A DNA stretch of 62,079 bases, the filler included, from Jimgerdemannia flammicorona (taxonomy: Eukaryota): assembly GCA_003990765.1 (NCBI GenBank). It is 3 parts of 3 records of this genome, joined end to end, with 100 filler letters (N's around TTAATTAATTAA, not from the genome) between each part and the next. Parts side by side here need not be neighbours in the genome. Positions count along the whole stretch, not along the records: positions 20,732 to 41,360 come from RBNJ01001631.1; 2 more parts are not named here. One strand, written 5' to 3'. Below are positions 27,301 to 37,707 of this stretch, piece by piece. Under the pieces are notes generated by a model that had not been told where the DNA came from, did not search any database, and saw only the letters and a list, made by a program, of their open reading frames with translations. The translations under genes and the position numbers were made by a program. Positions within the stretch are counted from its first letter, which is position 1. Every line of letters begins with the position of its first letter.

Positions 27301-30159
27301 ATCTGGTGGATGAGATTGAATGAGAGGGTAAAGGCCTACTGGAGTGAGGTTGGTAAGGAGGTGGGGAAGCAGAGGAGGTGACGGGTGAGATGGGCTACTG
27401 GTAGGCTGTCTAGACTCTTAGAGGATTGGGCAGGCCTGGCAATATTGGTAGGAGGTGAGGACTGGAGGATGAGGAGGGCTAAAATGGAAGTTAGAGAATT
27501 ACAACAGGTATTGCGGGAAGAGGAGGAGACAAGGGTACAGAGCTTGACCATGTAGCTTCAGTACCTTATGAGGGCCCTTCAGGCAAGAAGGGTGCAGCAA
27601 TGATGGGAAGGGGTGATTGACTCTGAGGGTATATTAGTACATGGGGTACAAGACATTCTTGGATCGCTGAAGGAGTGGTGGAGTAGATTGTGGAGTGAGG
27701 AGGAGGGTGGAGCTGACCCTGATGCCATTGATTGAGCATTGGAAGATTGGTACCTCCTACAAGTGGATGGGCTGGAGGACTTGGTGCTATCAGTTCAAGA
27801 AGAAGAGATCTACTAGGTTCTTATGGCGACAACATGGGGTACTACACTGGGGGAGGATGGTCTGTCCTGGGACTTCTGGAAGAAAATGGTGGGAGTTCCT
27901 GGAGTACTGGGTGAGATGATGGTACTGTGTGACTTTATCCTGCAGATGAGGAGATGGGTGGGGGAGCAGGATCTGGGGCTGGTGATGCTGCTTTATAAGA
28001 ACAAAGAAAGGAGAGAGGACTGGAAGAACTGGCAGCCAATCATGCTACTGGATATGGACAGAAAATTGGTGACGAAGGTGGTAGTTGTGAGGCTATAGAA
28101 GGTGGTCCAGTAAGTTTTGGGTGTTGAGCAGAGGGGCTTTATAGGTGGCCAGCTCATTTGGGATAGCATGGCCTGGGTACATGGCATTATTGAAGGGGCA
28201 CGAGCTTGTAGATTGGATGGGATACTGGTCTTCTTGGATCAAGAGAAGGCTTATAACCAGATGTAGCGAGTCTGGTTAGCTAAAGTATTGGACAGAATTG
28301 GAGTTCCACACCAGTTCCAGTTGGCAATGGTCAGCCTGTTGGAAGGAAGTAGGGCTGTGCTCATTTGCAATGGGCATAGAGGGGTATTATTTTCCCTAGG
28401 AAGGGGTGTTCCACAGGGAGACACACTGTCCCCCATTCTGTATACTCTTTCACTGGAACCCCTAATGGACAGAATTCAGAGAAAGATAGAAGGGCTCAAC
28501 ATCTTTGGTATTGGGTGGAAAGTTGGAGCCTTTGCAGATAACATGGTAGTTGGCCTGGGATCTATTGCTGATGTTGAAGAGCTACAGAAGACAGTAGAGT
28601 GGTATGAGATGAACTCGGGGGCCAAACTCAATTGTCATAAGTGTGAGATGATGGTATTAGGTAATGGCCTGGTGGGGGGAGACATTATTGGAACAATAGT
28701 CCCTACTGGCAAGGCAGTGTAGTACTTGGGCATTTATTTGTTAGTATATGGATCAGTACTTCTCAGACTCTGGTGGGAATAGCGAATTGGAGTCTGGGGG
28801 AAGGCCCTGTGGAGCTGGGGTGGTTGCCACTTTTCTTTGGTAGGGCATGTATCAGTTCTGAATATCTATTGGCTGCCAAAGCTGTGGTACCTGGCTTATT
28901 ATTTGGACTTCCCAGCCTGGGTGGTGAAGAGACTATTGAAGCTGGCCAAAGGGTGGATCTGGGCTTGAAGGAGGAGTCAGATCAGTTGGGAAGTCTTGTC
29001 CTTACCAGTGGAAGAGGAGGTCTTGGACTGGTTGACTTTCTGAAGAGATTACATTGCCTGAGAGTATGGTGGTTGAAGAGAGTAATAGAGCTGAGAGGGG
29101 GCAGTTGGGTTCCACTTCTGCAGAAAGTTTGGGAGTTGAGGTCTGCACCAAGAGACTCAACAGGAGATTTTCTATCATTGGTTGGGCTTCAGAACATTGC
29201 CCAAGTGCATTACAAAGGTTTCTGGTGGGAAGTAGTAGAGGGGGCACACCATATTGGAATTTGTTGACATGGAAATAAAGGAGATGAGGCTTGGGACCCA
29301 GCAATGTGGAGATGGGATCAAGTGTTGCTGGGAGATATGCCCTTAGCTGAGTTTGACATTAGTGATGGGATAGGTTGCCAATGAGGACCAGACCAGAATC
29401 TGTGGTCTAGTGGATGGCAGGGGGTGGGGATCGGTAAGGAGTGGGACTGACATGGTATTTGGACATGGAGTGCTGAGGTGCAGAGGTGGATGCTACTGAA
29501 GTACTGAGTGATCTGGTGGTGCATATTGAGGAGGAATGTCATACTCAACTTCCATTTGGGCCATCTTGTCGAGGGGGGTTGTTTTGACTGTGAGGAGTGC
29601 CACAATGTTGGGCAGGTTGGGGGATATGTGCAGATGCCTGAACATTGGCTAGAATAGTACGAGGTACTTAGTGACTTTTGGAGAATCATTGGGGATCATT
29701 TGGGAGTAGCATATAGGGAATATGGTACATAGGGCTGGTGGGAGGACTTGAGGGATAGACTGGTAGGGGGGGTGGGAAAAGAATAGCTCACATTGGGTTA
29801 GGCTTTGGCAATTTGGGTGGGGTTGGTGGCTCATTGGTTATTTGTTTTTAAAGGTGAGAGGTGATTGAGCCTGGAGGATTGGCTGCGGTGCTGGCATAGA
29901 CTGGTGGAAGACACCCTGACAGGCTGGTGGCTGGGTTGGGGATTGCAGTGTGGATAATGGCATCACTTGGTAGAGAAGATTTGTGGGCAGAGTGGGGGTA
30001 GGATGGGAGTAATAGGTGCAAAGGTGACTTTTGTTGATAATAGTGCAGGGGGAGGTTCCCCCATGGGGATCGGGTAGTGGGAGGTAATATTGTATACTTG
30101 TTTTATAGAATGGTAATAAATGATGAAGTCCAAGTGACTATAAAAAAAAAAAAAAAAAA
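24313..30159 (+). mobile_element. Full-length L1/Tx1-type LINE, copy 2, inactivated
   Basis: TSD AAATCCCCCTTCCTGAC (24296-24312) / AAATCCCCCTTTCTGAC (30160-30176), one mismatch; ORF1 remnants to 26425; ORF2 26460-30077 with GGDFN, SDH, WKNWQPI, GVPQGDTLSP, FADN; poly(A) tail. Confidence 0.95.
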
Positions 30160-30176
30160 AAATCCCCCTTTCTGAC

Positions 30177-30550
30177 TTATATTATAGCACTCCTTATAGT
30201 CAAAGTTCCTCTCCTTCACAAGATGGCCCAAGCAAAAGTTGAGTATAACATTTCTCTATAGTATGTACCACCAGACCACCCAGTACTTGGGTGGCAACTA
30301 TCTCCTCACTTCTGCACTCTAGACCCAGACTCTATTCCAGTCCTACTCTTTATCAATTTCTACAATCTGTCAGCTGCTTGGCCATACATCCTGTCCCACC
30401 CCCCTCTGGAACTCTACTCTATTGCCAATATCAAAGTTCATAAGGAGAGTACCCCCCAGCAATACTTGATCCTATTTTTACATTGCTGGACCCCAAGGCA
30501 CCTCTCTCTCATCTCCCTATTAACAAATTCTGATACAGTGAGCCCCTCAA
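30177..30550 (-). mobile_element. LINE copy 3, continuation to its 5'-truncated end
   Basis: The reverse complement continues ORF2 seamlessly across the copy-2 insertion site; homology stops at about 30547-30550. Confidence 0.85.
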
Positions 30551-32015
30551 GATATATCTCTTAGACTAACTCAAGTTTGTCATAAGCAAGTTCTTATTGG
30601 AGTACCTTCCCAAGATCTTATAGTCCTCAAACATCTTATCTTTAAACTGTCTTGTTATCTCTTGGATTGCTTGCAAGGAAGTATGTATATTGCACTAAGT
30701 TGACTGACTTTATTTCAGAGGAAATAAGAGAGGTATTTATACAAAATATAATTCAATAGTTGCTAAGATATAAAGCTAAATATAAATTCCAATAACTAAA
30801 ATAAAATGCCAGGACAGAAAAACTGCTAAGTTCCAAGGTTGGCACTAATGGTTGCACAAGTTCAGGATACTGGTATAATTCAGTGTCACCTCAGAATGCC
30901 AGTGCTGGAACAATTCAGTATCACCTCAGAATGCTGGTGCTGGAACAATTCAGTGTCACCAAGAGACTTAGAGCAGAATATTCAGGACCATGGAGGCTTC
31001 ATCCTCATTATCACTGAAGGAGATGAGATCCACAAATTCATCATCATCATGTAGGTTGCATGTTTTGCATGCTTTGATATTATGCAGGATGATGTCATCA
31101 CCAATGACATCATCACATTCAGCGGCAGTGGGAAGGAGGTCTGGGGCTCTCCAGTCTATGAGGTTCTCTTCCACAAAATAAGGGACAAATGTGGGATCTT
31201 GGAGAGGTCTAACCTAGATGCTTGGGCCTTGGAATACTGAGATCAATCCTTGTAGAAATTGGTCTGGGTTTTTCTGAAGAATAGAATGCCAGAAGTCTTC
31301 TACTTCATCACTATTGAGGGTGATAGTGGACTGGGCCTCTGTAGCTACCCTGGTTTCTAGTGCATTGATATGGCAGGATCTGAAGTTGGAGACTCTAACA
31401 TACTCCAAGTTAGGGATTGACCATGGTGCATGCCTGAAGATCTGATAGATCTTCTTAGCTGTCCTTGCCTTATATATATCTATGGGAGTGGTATCTTGTA
31501 GCTCTTGAGGGCTGGCCTGTGGGAACTCCTGGCAGAGAAGGTTTTCTATTTCATACTCCTACCACATTTGGAGGTATTCAGTAGCAATGGTGATCCTTGT
31601 TTCCATTTCATGGTGGTAGAGAATATAGTGATAAGGGTCTGCAGTACCCAGGTTGACACTAGGAGTCCTTCTTGTGCAGGTCCCCATGGCTCTTCTGATG
31701 TCTTGGAACATCCTTTCTTCAACTGTGGTGCCTTGGTGGTTCCTTGATCTTGAGGTTTGGTAAGTGGCAGGCATTTCATTTGTGATAAGTCTTTGAGCTA
31801 TTTTGGAATTGGTGGGTCTTGTTGGTTGCTACTACTGTGGTTCCTTAATATTTCTTTTATATTCCTCAAGATACTCATACTGTAGTCACAATGACTTATA
31901 GTTGGTCATTATTGCTCATCTTATATACTGTATGATCTTCTTGTGCTCTGATCTGGTGACTTGTAAGGAAAGGCTGTCTCCTGTACTGATGTCATATTCT
32001 GGGGTCACCATTACA
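30547..32015 (-). repeat. 3' LTR of copy A (terminal ~45 nt lost)
   Basis: Begins TGTAATGGTGACC immediately after the PPT; colinear with 37753-39266; TATAAATA (30734-30741) and AATAAA (30709-30714) on the minus strand. Confidence 0.93.
30968..31909 (-). pseudogene. Accessory ORF of unknown function inside LTR U3 (314 codons including stop, 5 internal stops)
   Basis: One frame from ATG 31909 to TAA 30968 links ORF-track pieces 31559-31774, 31214-31408 and 30968-31174. Homologues lie at 38209-39159 (-) and 49084-50075 (+) with the same terminal TAA. Confidence 0.75.
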
Positions 32016-32025
32016 TCTTCCTCCT
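32016..32025 (-). other. Polypurine tract
   Basis: AGGAGGAAGA directly abutting the TG of the 3' LTR. Confidence 0.85.
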
Positions 32026-32339
32026 GAATAAAGATTTTCTTAAGCATCCTTATTCATTAGTCCAGTCCTGAAAAATTTGCTAATCCCATAACCTCTGGCA
32101 AGGAGTCGAAAAGTGGTGTTTATGGGCTGGCATCTTCTCTATGTATTTTGGTATGATGGTGAAGGGTCACTCCCTTCATATAGAACAAAGGCCTAATTCT
32201 GATCTTGACTGATCAGTTGATAGTTTGAACTCCTCTGGCTTCGAAGTCTCACAGATGAGTAGTTGCTGGTACCATATCTCTTAGAGAATGGTCCAGACAG
32301 ATAGCCTGCTGGTCATGGGACATGCTGTTATGATCTGCA

Positions 32340-35300
32340 GACTAGAACCTCATGGGTGATCATTATGTTTTGCTTCTCTTGTATAGGTTCATGTTACTTC
32401 TTGAGTCTGTTTCTGTATACTGTGGTAGGCAGTATGGTCCCTGAGATTTTTCTAAGCCAGAAGGTAGTTCTCTTGATATCTTGTATATAGAAGGGTCTTT
32501 TTTATTTGGGCTCCAGTTTTCACAACTATGAGGCTTCTACCATATTTTGATACAGCAGGATCTTTTCTCTAATTCAGATAGGTTCTAGGGTCTTGTGATT
32601 CTTTTCTGCATTCTTCCTTATCAGCACTTGTAACTTGATAATGTAATCTTTGGCCTTCTTTCTGATTTGGTGTAGTCTCTGAATTTCTGCATAAACCCAT
32701 CTCCAAGTTAGGTCTAGATTTGTGGCTGAGGTTCCATCAGAATCTTCTTCTCCAAAGAGCAGTTCTCTTGAAGTAAAGTGTGTACTCTGTGACTATATGT
32801 CTCATAGGACAGAGAGGGCAGTTAGGAGGTAGTTATCCCAATTCTCATATATCTCTGAGATTTTTGCCAGAATGTTCTTGAGGGTCTTGTTGGTTCTCTC
32901 TGTCTGTCCATTTTCTTGAGAGTGGTATGTGGTAGTCTTGATGTGCTGAATCTTGTATTTCTGATATATTATCTCATGAAATCTATTGACAAATTCTGTG
33001 CCATAGTCTGTTGTGATTTGCTTCAGTGTCTTGTAGTGGCAGATGATTTCTCAGTGCAGGAAGTCAGTTATGGAGAGGGCATTGGCTTCTTGTAATGCTC
33101 CTACTTCTATCCATTTGGTAAAGAGGACTACAATAACTATAATATAGCAGTTTCCTGATAGTGTTACTGGTAGTGGCCCAATGATATCCATTGTGATGTG
33201 GTGGAAGAGAATAGGCTCAATTCTTGATGACCCAGGTGCCTGGTCTTGTTGATCTTATTTCTGTTTTTGGCACTTGTCATACCCTTTGACAAATTGGTAC
33301 AGGTCTTCTTCTATTTTGGGCCACCATATGGTTCTTTTTGCCTTGTTATATATGTTGGTTCCTCCTAAGTATCCTTGCTTGTATACTTTCTTCATTACTT
33401 GATATATCTTGTGTTTGGGTATTACTAGCTTTCCTCCTTTTCTGAGTATAGTGTTATCTAGTTCAAACTATTTCCAAGTCTGATTGATGATAGTGATTGT
33501 CCAGGGTTTGAGGTGGTTGGACATCTTCCACTGCTCAAGATAGCTGATTAATCTATAGTATAACTTCTTATTCATGTTGAATAGTCTTAATGGGGATGTT
33601 TTGGGATGTCCTTGAGAGTGCATCAGCATTGATATTGGTTCTTCCTGAGCAGTGCTTGACAGTACAGTCATACTCTTGCAGCCTGTAGATCTATCTAGCA
33701 TATATTTCTTTGGAGTTCAGAGTGTGGAATAGCCAGACAAGAGTGGAATGGTCTGTTTGAATAGTGAAATATTTTCCCGCTAGGTAGTGGTGGAACTTGT
33801 CGACTGCCCAAATTACTGCTAAGCATTCAAGCTTGCATAACTTGTAGTTTTGTTCTGCTCCACAGGTACCTCAGCTTGCATAAGAGATGACATATTCATG
33901 TCTATCTTTCTTCTGAGCTAGGACTGCTCCAAGTTCTATAGCAGTTGCATCTGTCTGCAGGATGAATTCTAGGTTCTAATCTGGTCTTCTGAGGATAGGT
34001 GCTTGGGTCAACCTGGTCTTGAGTTCATTGAAGATTTCTTGGCATTTCTTGGTCCTTTTGAATTTGGTTTCCTTCTTCAGTAGCTCATAGATAGATGCTG
34101 CAATGTTGGAGTATTCTTTGATGAATCTTCTGTAGTAGCTGGCCAGTCCAAGGAAGGAATGAACTTCTGTGATTGTTCTGGGTCTTGGGTAGGCTGCAAT
34201 AGCCTTGATCTTCATGGGGTCTGTGTGGATTCTGATCTGGTTGATGAGATGTCCTAGGTAGGTGATTTCCTGAGCTACAAACTTGCATTTCTTGGGCTTG
34301 ATGTAGAGGCCATACTCCTTGAGCTTCTTGAGAGCTAGCTGTATATGATTGATATGTTCCCATGCAGTATTGTTGAAGATGATCACATCATCAATATAGA
34401 CAAAGAGCTATTTTCCAATTTCATTACTGAAGACTCTGTTCATCATTCACTGGAAACTTGCTGGGGTATTGCACATTCCAAATGGCATTCACAGATAGAT
34501 ATAGGTGGCATCAGGTGTGATAAAGGCTGATTTCTCACTGGCATCTTGAGAGAGACCAATCTGATAGAAGCCTGAAAACAGATCCAAGGTGGTGTAGTAT
34601 TAGGCTTCACTTCCAAGAGTGGTAAGGATTTCTTAAATATTTTGCAAGGGCTGCCTAACCTTCTTGGTGATTGCATTGAGCTTCCTGTAGTCAATGTAGA
34701 GTCTTGGTACAAACTCTCCAGACTTGCTTCCTTTCTTTGGGACAAGGACAATGGGTGAAGTCCAGGGGCTGATAGCTTGCTTGATCATTCTAGCTTCTTC
34801 CATTTCCTTGAGTTCTGCTCACAGCCATTCTCTGTAGGCAGGTGATATGGGTCTGGCTTTCTGATAGATGGGCTTGGTATTACTGGTGTCAACTTCATGA
34901 TAGTACTTGGGTTCTTAATTGTAGATATCTCTAAAGTCTGTAGTAAGTACTCCTTCATTCTGATGTAGGATCTTGAGAAGTTGTTCTTCTAGGGGAAAGT
35001 TTTCTCCAATGGTATATGTGTACTTATTCTGATCCTTGTCTTTCTTGTGCTCAAGTTCAGTAATCTTGATAGTGGCATAGGCTCCTCTTCCTGTAGATCT
35101 AAAGCCTTGTTCTCCTCTCTTGGTCTTGATGAGTTTGATGGCTTCAGTGATCTTGGGCTTTTTGATTTCATGGATAAGCATCTGGCCAATCCTGTCATGC
35201 TTCTTGACTTTGAATGGAGTGGTGGGGTTGTGATTCCTGACTATGAGGAAGATCTTGCCAGTATAATCAGGGTCAATTACTCCTCCTTTAACTAAGATTT

Positions 35301-37650
35301 CACTTTTGGACAGACTGCTCCTAGTCTTGATAATTCCAGCATGATTCTCTGGTAACTTAACTCCAATTCCAGTGCCAAGTAGAGTAGTGGTCTGTGGTTT
35401 GAGGGTAGCATCTTGGATGCTGGCAAGGTCCATTTCTATGGCTCCTTCAGTCTTGTATTCTGGGATCTTGGCTTCAGGGTGAAACCTCTTGACCTTGAGG
35501 GTGATGTCTGATTCTTATTCCTCCTCATCATCACTGTCAGCTTGAAGCTTGGGGGGTTGGTCATCTTCTTCAACTTTCCTCTTTGCTTTGACAGCTTCTT
35601 GCTCATGCTTCTGTTAGCAGATTTTCCTGACTTCACTGATACAGAACCAGCAGTCATTCAGGTATTTAGAGTAGTACATCCTAGTATCATGAGGGCATCT
35701 TCCTTGAGGGGTATAGCTATTGATGATCTTGTTGTACCATTGCTCATCTGTGAGCTTGGGTGTCTTGTTCTTGTTCACCAAGTGTATGAAGACTTCTATG
35801 TCCTCTTCATCTCCTTTCTCCATGTCTGGTAGGACTCTTTTGTAGATATTGATAGAGACTCATACCTTTCTTCCTCAATAGTTGATCTGCATCTTCTGGG
35901 CATTGAGGTCAATGATAGCCTTGGTCTTGTGAAGCCATTGGTTGCCAATGAGGATGTCATAGTTGGTGGCACTTGTAACAATCACATCTACTGGGATGGT
36001 AGCTCCTCCTATCTTGATGGGGACTTCTCGGATTTTGTCAAGGGGGGTAGCTTGTGTACCATTTGCTGTAATATAGACCATCTTGGTGAACTCTTCAATT
36101 TCCCATCCTAGGCAGTCAATTGCCTTCTTGCTCATAAGGTATCCTCTAGTACTAGTATCAATAATGGCATCAAAGATACAGTCTTCGATTTGACATGGGG
36201 TATAGGCTGATGTCTTGTGCTGGTCTTCAGATTCTTTGCCTGAGTCTTCAGATTCTTCTTGTGCATTGTGAGCCTCTACAATCTTGTACTCTTGATTCTT
36301 GGCAGTAGTTGCGAGTCCTACTCTCAACTGTTATCTGAAGGCAGGGACTTTAGCTAGTTGTCCAAAAGTAGCATTGACCTTCTATTCCTTGAGATCCTTG
36401 TAGATATCATACTGATGGATCTTGATCTTGTACAGCTTCTGTTCCTTCTTGCTTTTGCTTTCTCCTGAGACTGGAGTAGTGCCTTCAATGATTTGGCAGG
36501 CAGCTTCATCTAACTCCATATCTTGATCAATCTCCTTGGGTTGGGTCTTGCTTTGAATAGTGACAGCTGGGGTCTTCTTTGGTCTTCCAACTGGCTTGCT
36601 GTTGCTCTTCTTATCATAGAGCTTAGACTGGGTTCTGGTATCTTCAGTAGCAGGGTAGAATTCGAGTTCCTCATAGTATTCTTCATCATCAGTGTCACCA
36701 ATCTCCTCAATGACTACTGCATTGATTTGTTCTCTAGTTCTGCTAGCATTGCTTGATTGGGCTTTGCATCTTATTTCAGTCATACAATTCTTTGCATAGT
36801 GACCTTCTTCTCTACATCTGAAGCATATAGTATTGTATTCTTCTATAGCAGCTGCAAATCTCTGCACTGGTCTCCTGTTGGCACTTCAGACTTCTCTAAC
36901 AATATTACTAAGGTATGTAGTCATTTCGGCAAACTGCTTGGCAAGTTCCTCCACTGGGTCAGCTTTGGCTGTCTTGGGTATAGGTGGGAATAGTTGTCTG
37001 TTTACAACTGTAGTGGGTATAATACTGGTTGGCTTCAATGGCTCTATCTTGATGCCATTTATTTTCTCCATTGAGTATTCAGCAGAGTGTCTGGCAGTCC
37101 AATATCTCTATACAAAGACCACTTTCTGATCAAGGATCAGTGCAGCTGGGGTAGACCAGATTTCTAGGGCAATTTCAGGGTGAACTCCTTTGAGGAAGGT
37201 TGAATCCACTATTTGTTCCTTGAGGGCATCATCATAGCCAGCTAAGATAATCTGATAGCATATTTGGGTATAGAATGAGTTGGGATCTTCACTGAGTCCC
37301 TGGCAGATAGTGTTGGGTTGATCCTTGAGAGCTTGCTTGATCTCTTCAGTATAGTATGTTGTTCTGAGGAAGGCCTTTATGTTTGCAAGTTTGGCTGCAC
37401 CATTATCAGCAATAGTGGCTGTATTGAACTTGTCTCTGGCAGGTCCTCTGAGGCCGACTGGTAGAAGGGCCAATTGTGCATCCATACCAAGGGCTCATAC
37501 AGCAGTGAATTGTTCAAAGTCTTCAATGAAGGTCAAGATTGACTCTTCAGTAGTATATCCATAGAATATGGGGAGATATATTTCTATCTTGTCTTGAATT
37601 CTTGCAGGGGTGACTCTTGTAGTCAGGGTAGTTGTTGTGGGAGTTATTCA
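32340..37650 (-). pseudogene. gag-pol of copy A (single frame from gag through RT/RNase H; one frameshift before integrase)
   Basis: CFRCREEGHYAKNC knuckle, DAIIDTS protease site, dUTPase, LYIDYRKLN, YIDDVII, FLGLASYYRRFI, QTDA, NADALSR, GCDKCQK, HITMDIIGPLP. ORF pieces from 37485 to 33976 share one frame. Confidence 0.93.
35089..35505 (-). pseudogene. Trimeric dUTPase domain within pol (copy A)
   Basis: All five motifs recognisable: AIEMDL, KTRSSL, GGVIDPDYTGKI, DRIGQML, RGEQGFRSTG. Confidence 0.93.
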
Positions 37651-37686
37651 TTTTTCAGCTTAAAAGTGTTGGATTCATCTTGAATC

Positions 37687-37704
37687 ACCAGCCAATGGCC
37701 ACCA
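37687..37704 (-). other. Primer-binding site (tRNA identity not assigned)
   Basis: TGGTGGCCATTGGCTGGT begins 3 nt after the LTR terminus ...TGACA; the homologous sequence is at ~50547 in copy B. Confidence 0.65.
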
Positions 37705-37707
37705 AGT

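Noticed and set aside
30968..32323. One continuous 452-codon ORF from the end of pol through the PPT into the LTR
   Set aside because: Continuity depends on a 1-nt deletion near 31995 found only in the 3' LTR; the other two LTRs have TAA there. The 32016-32323 segment has five stops in each of two frames, so its coding status is unresolved.
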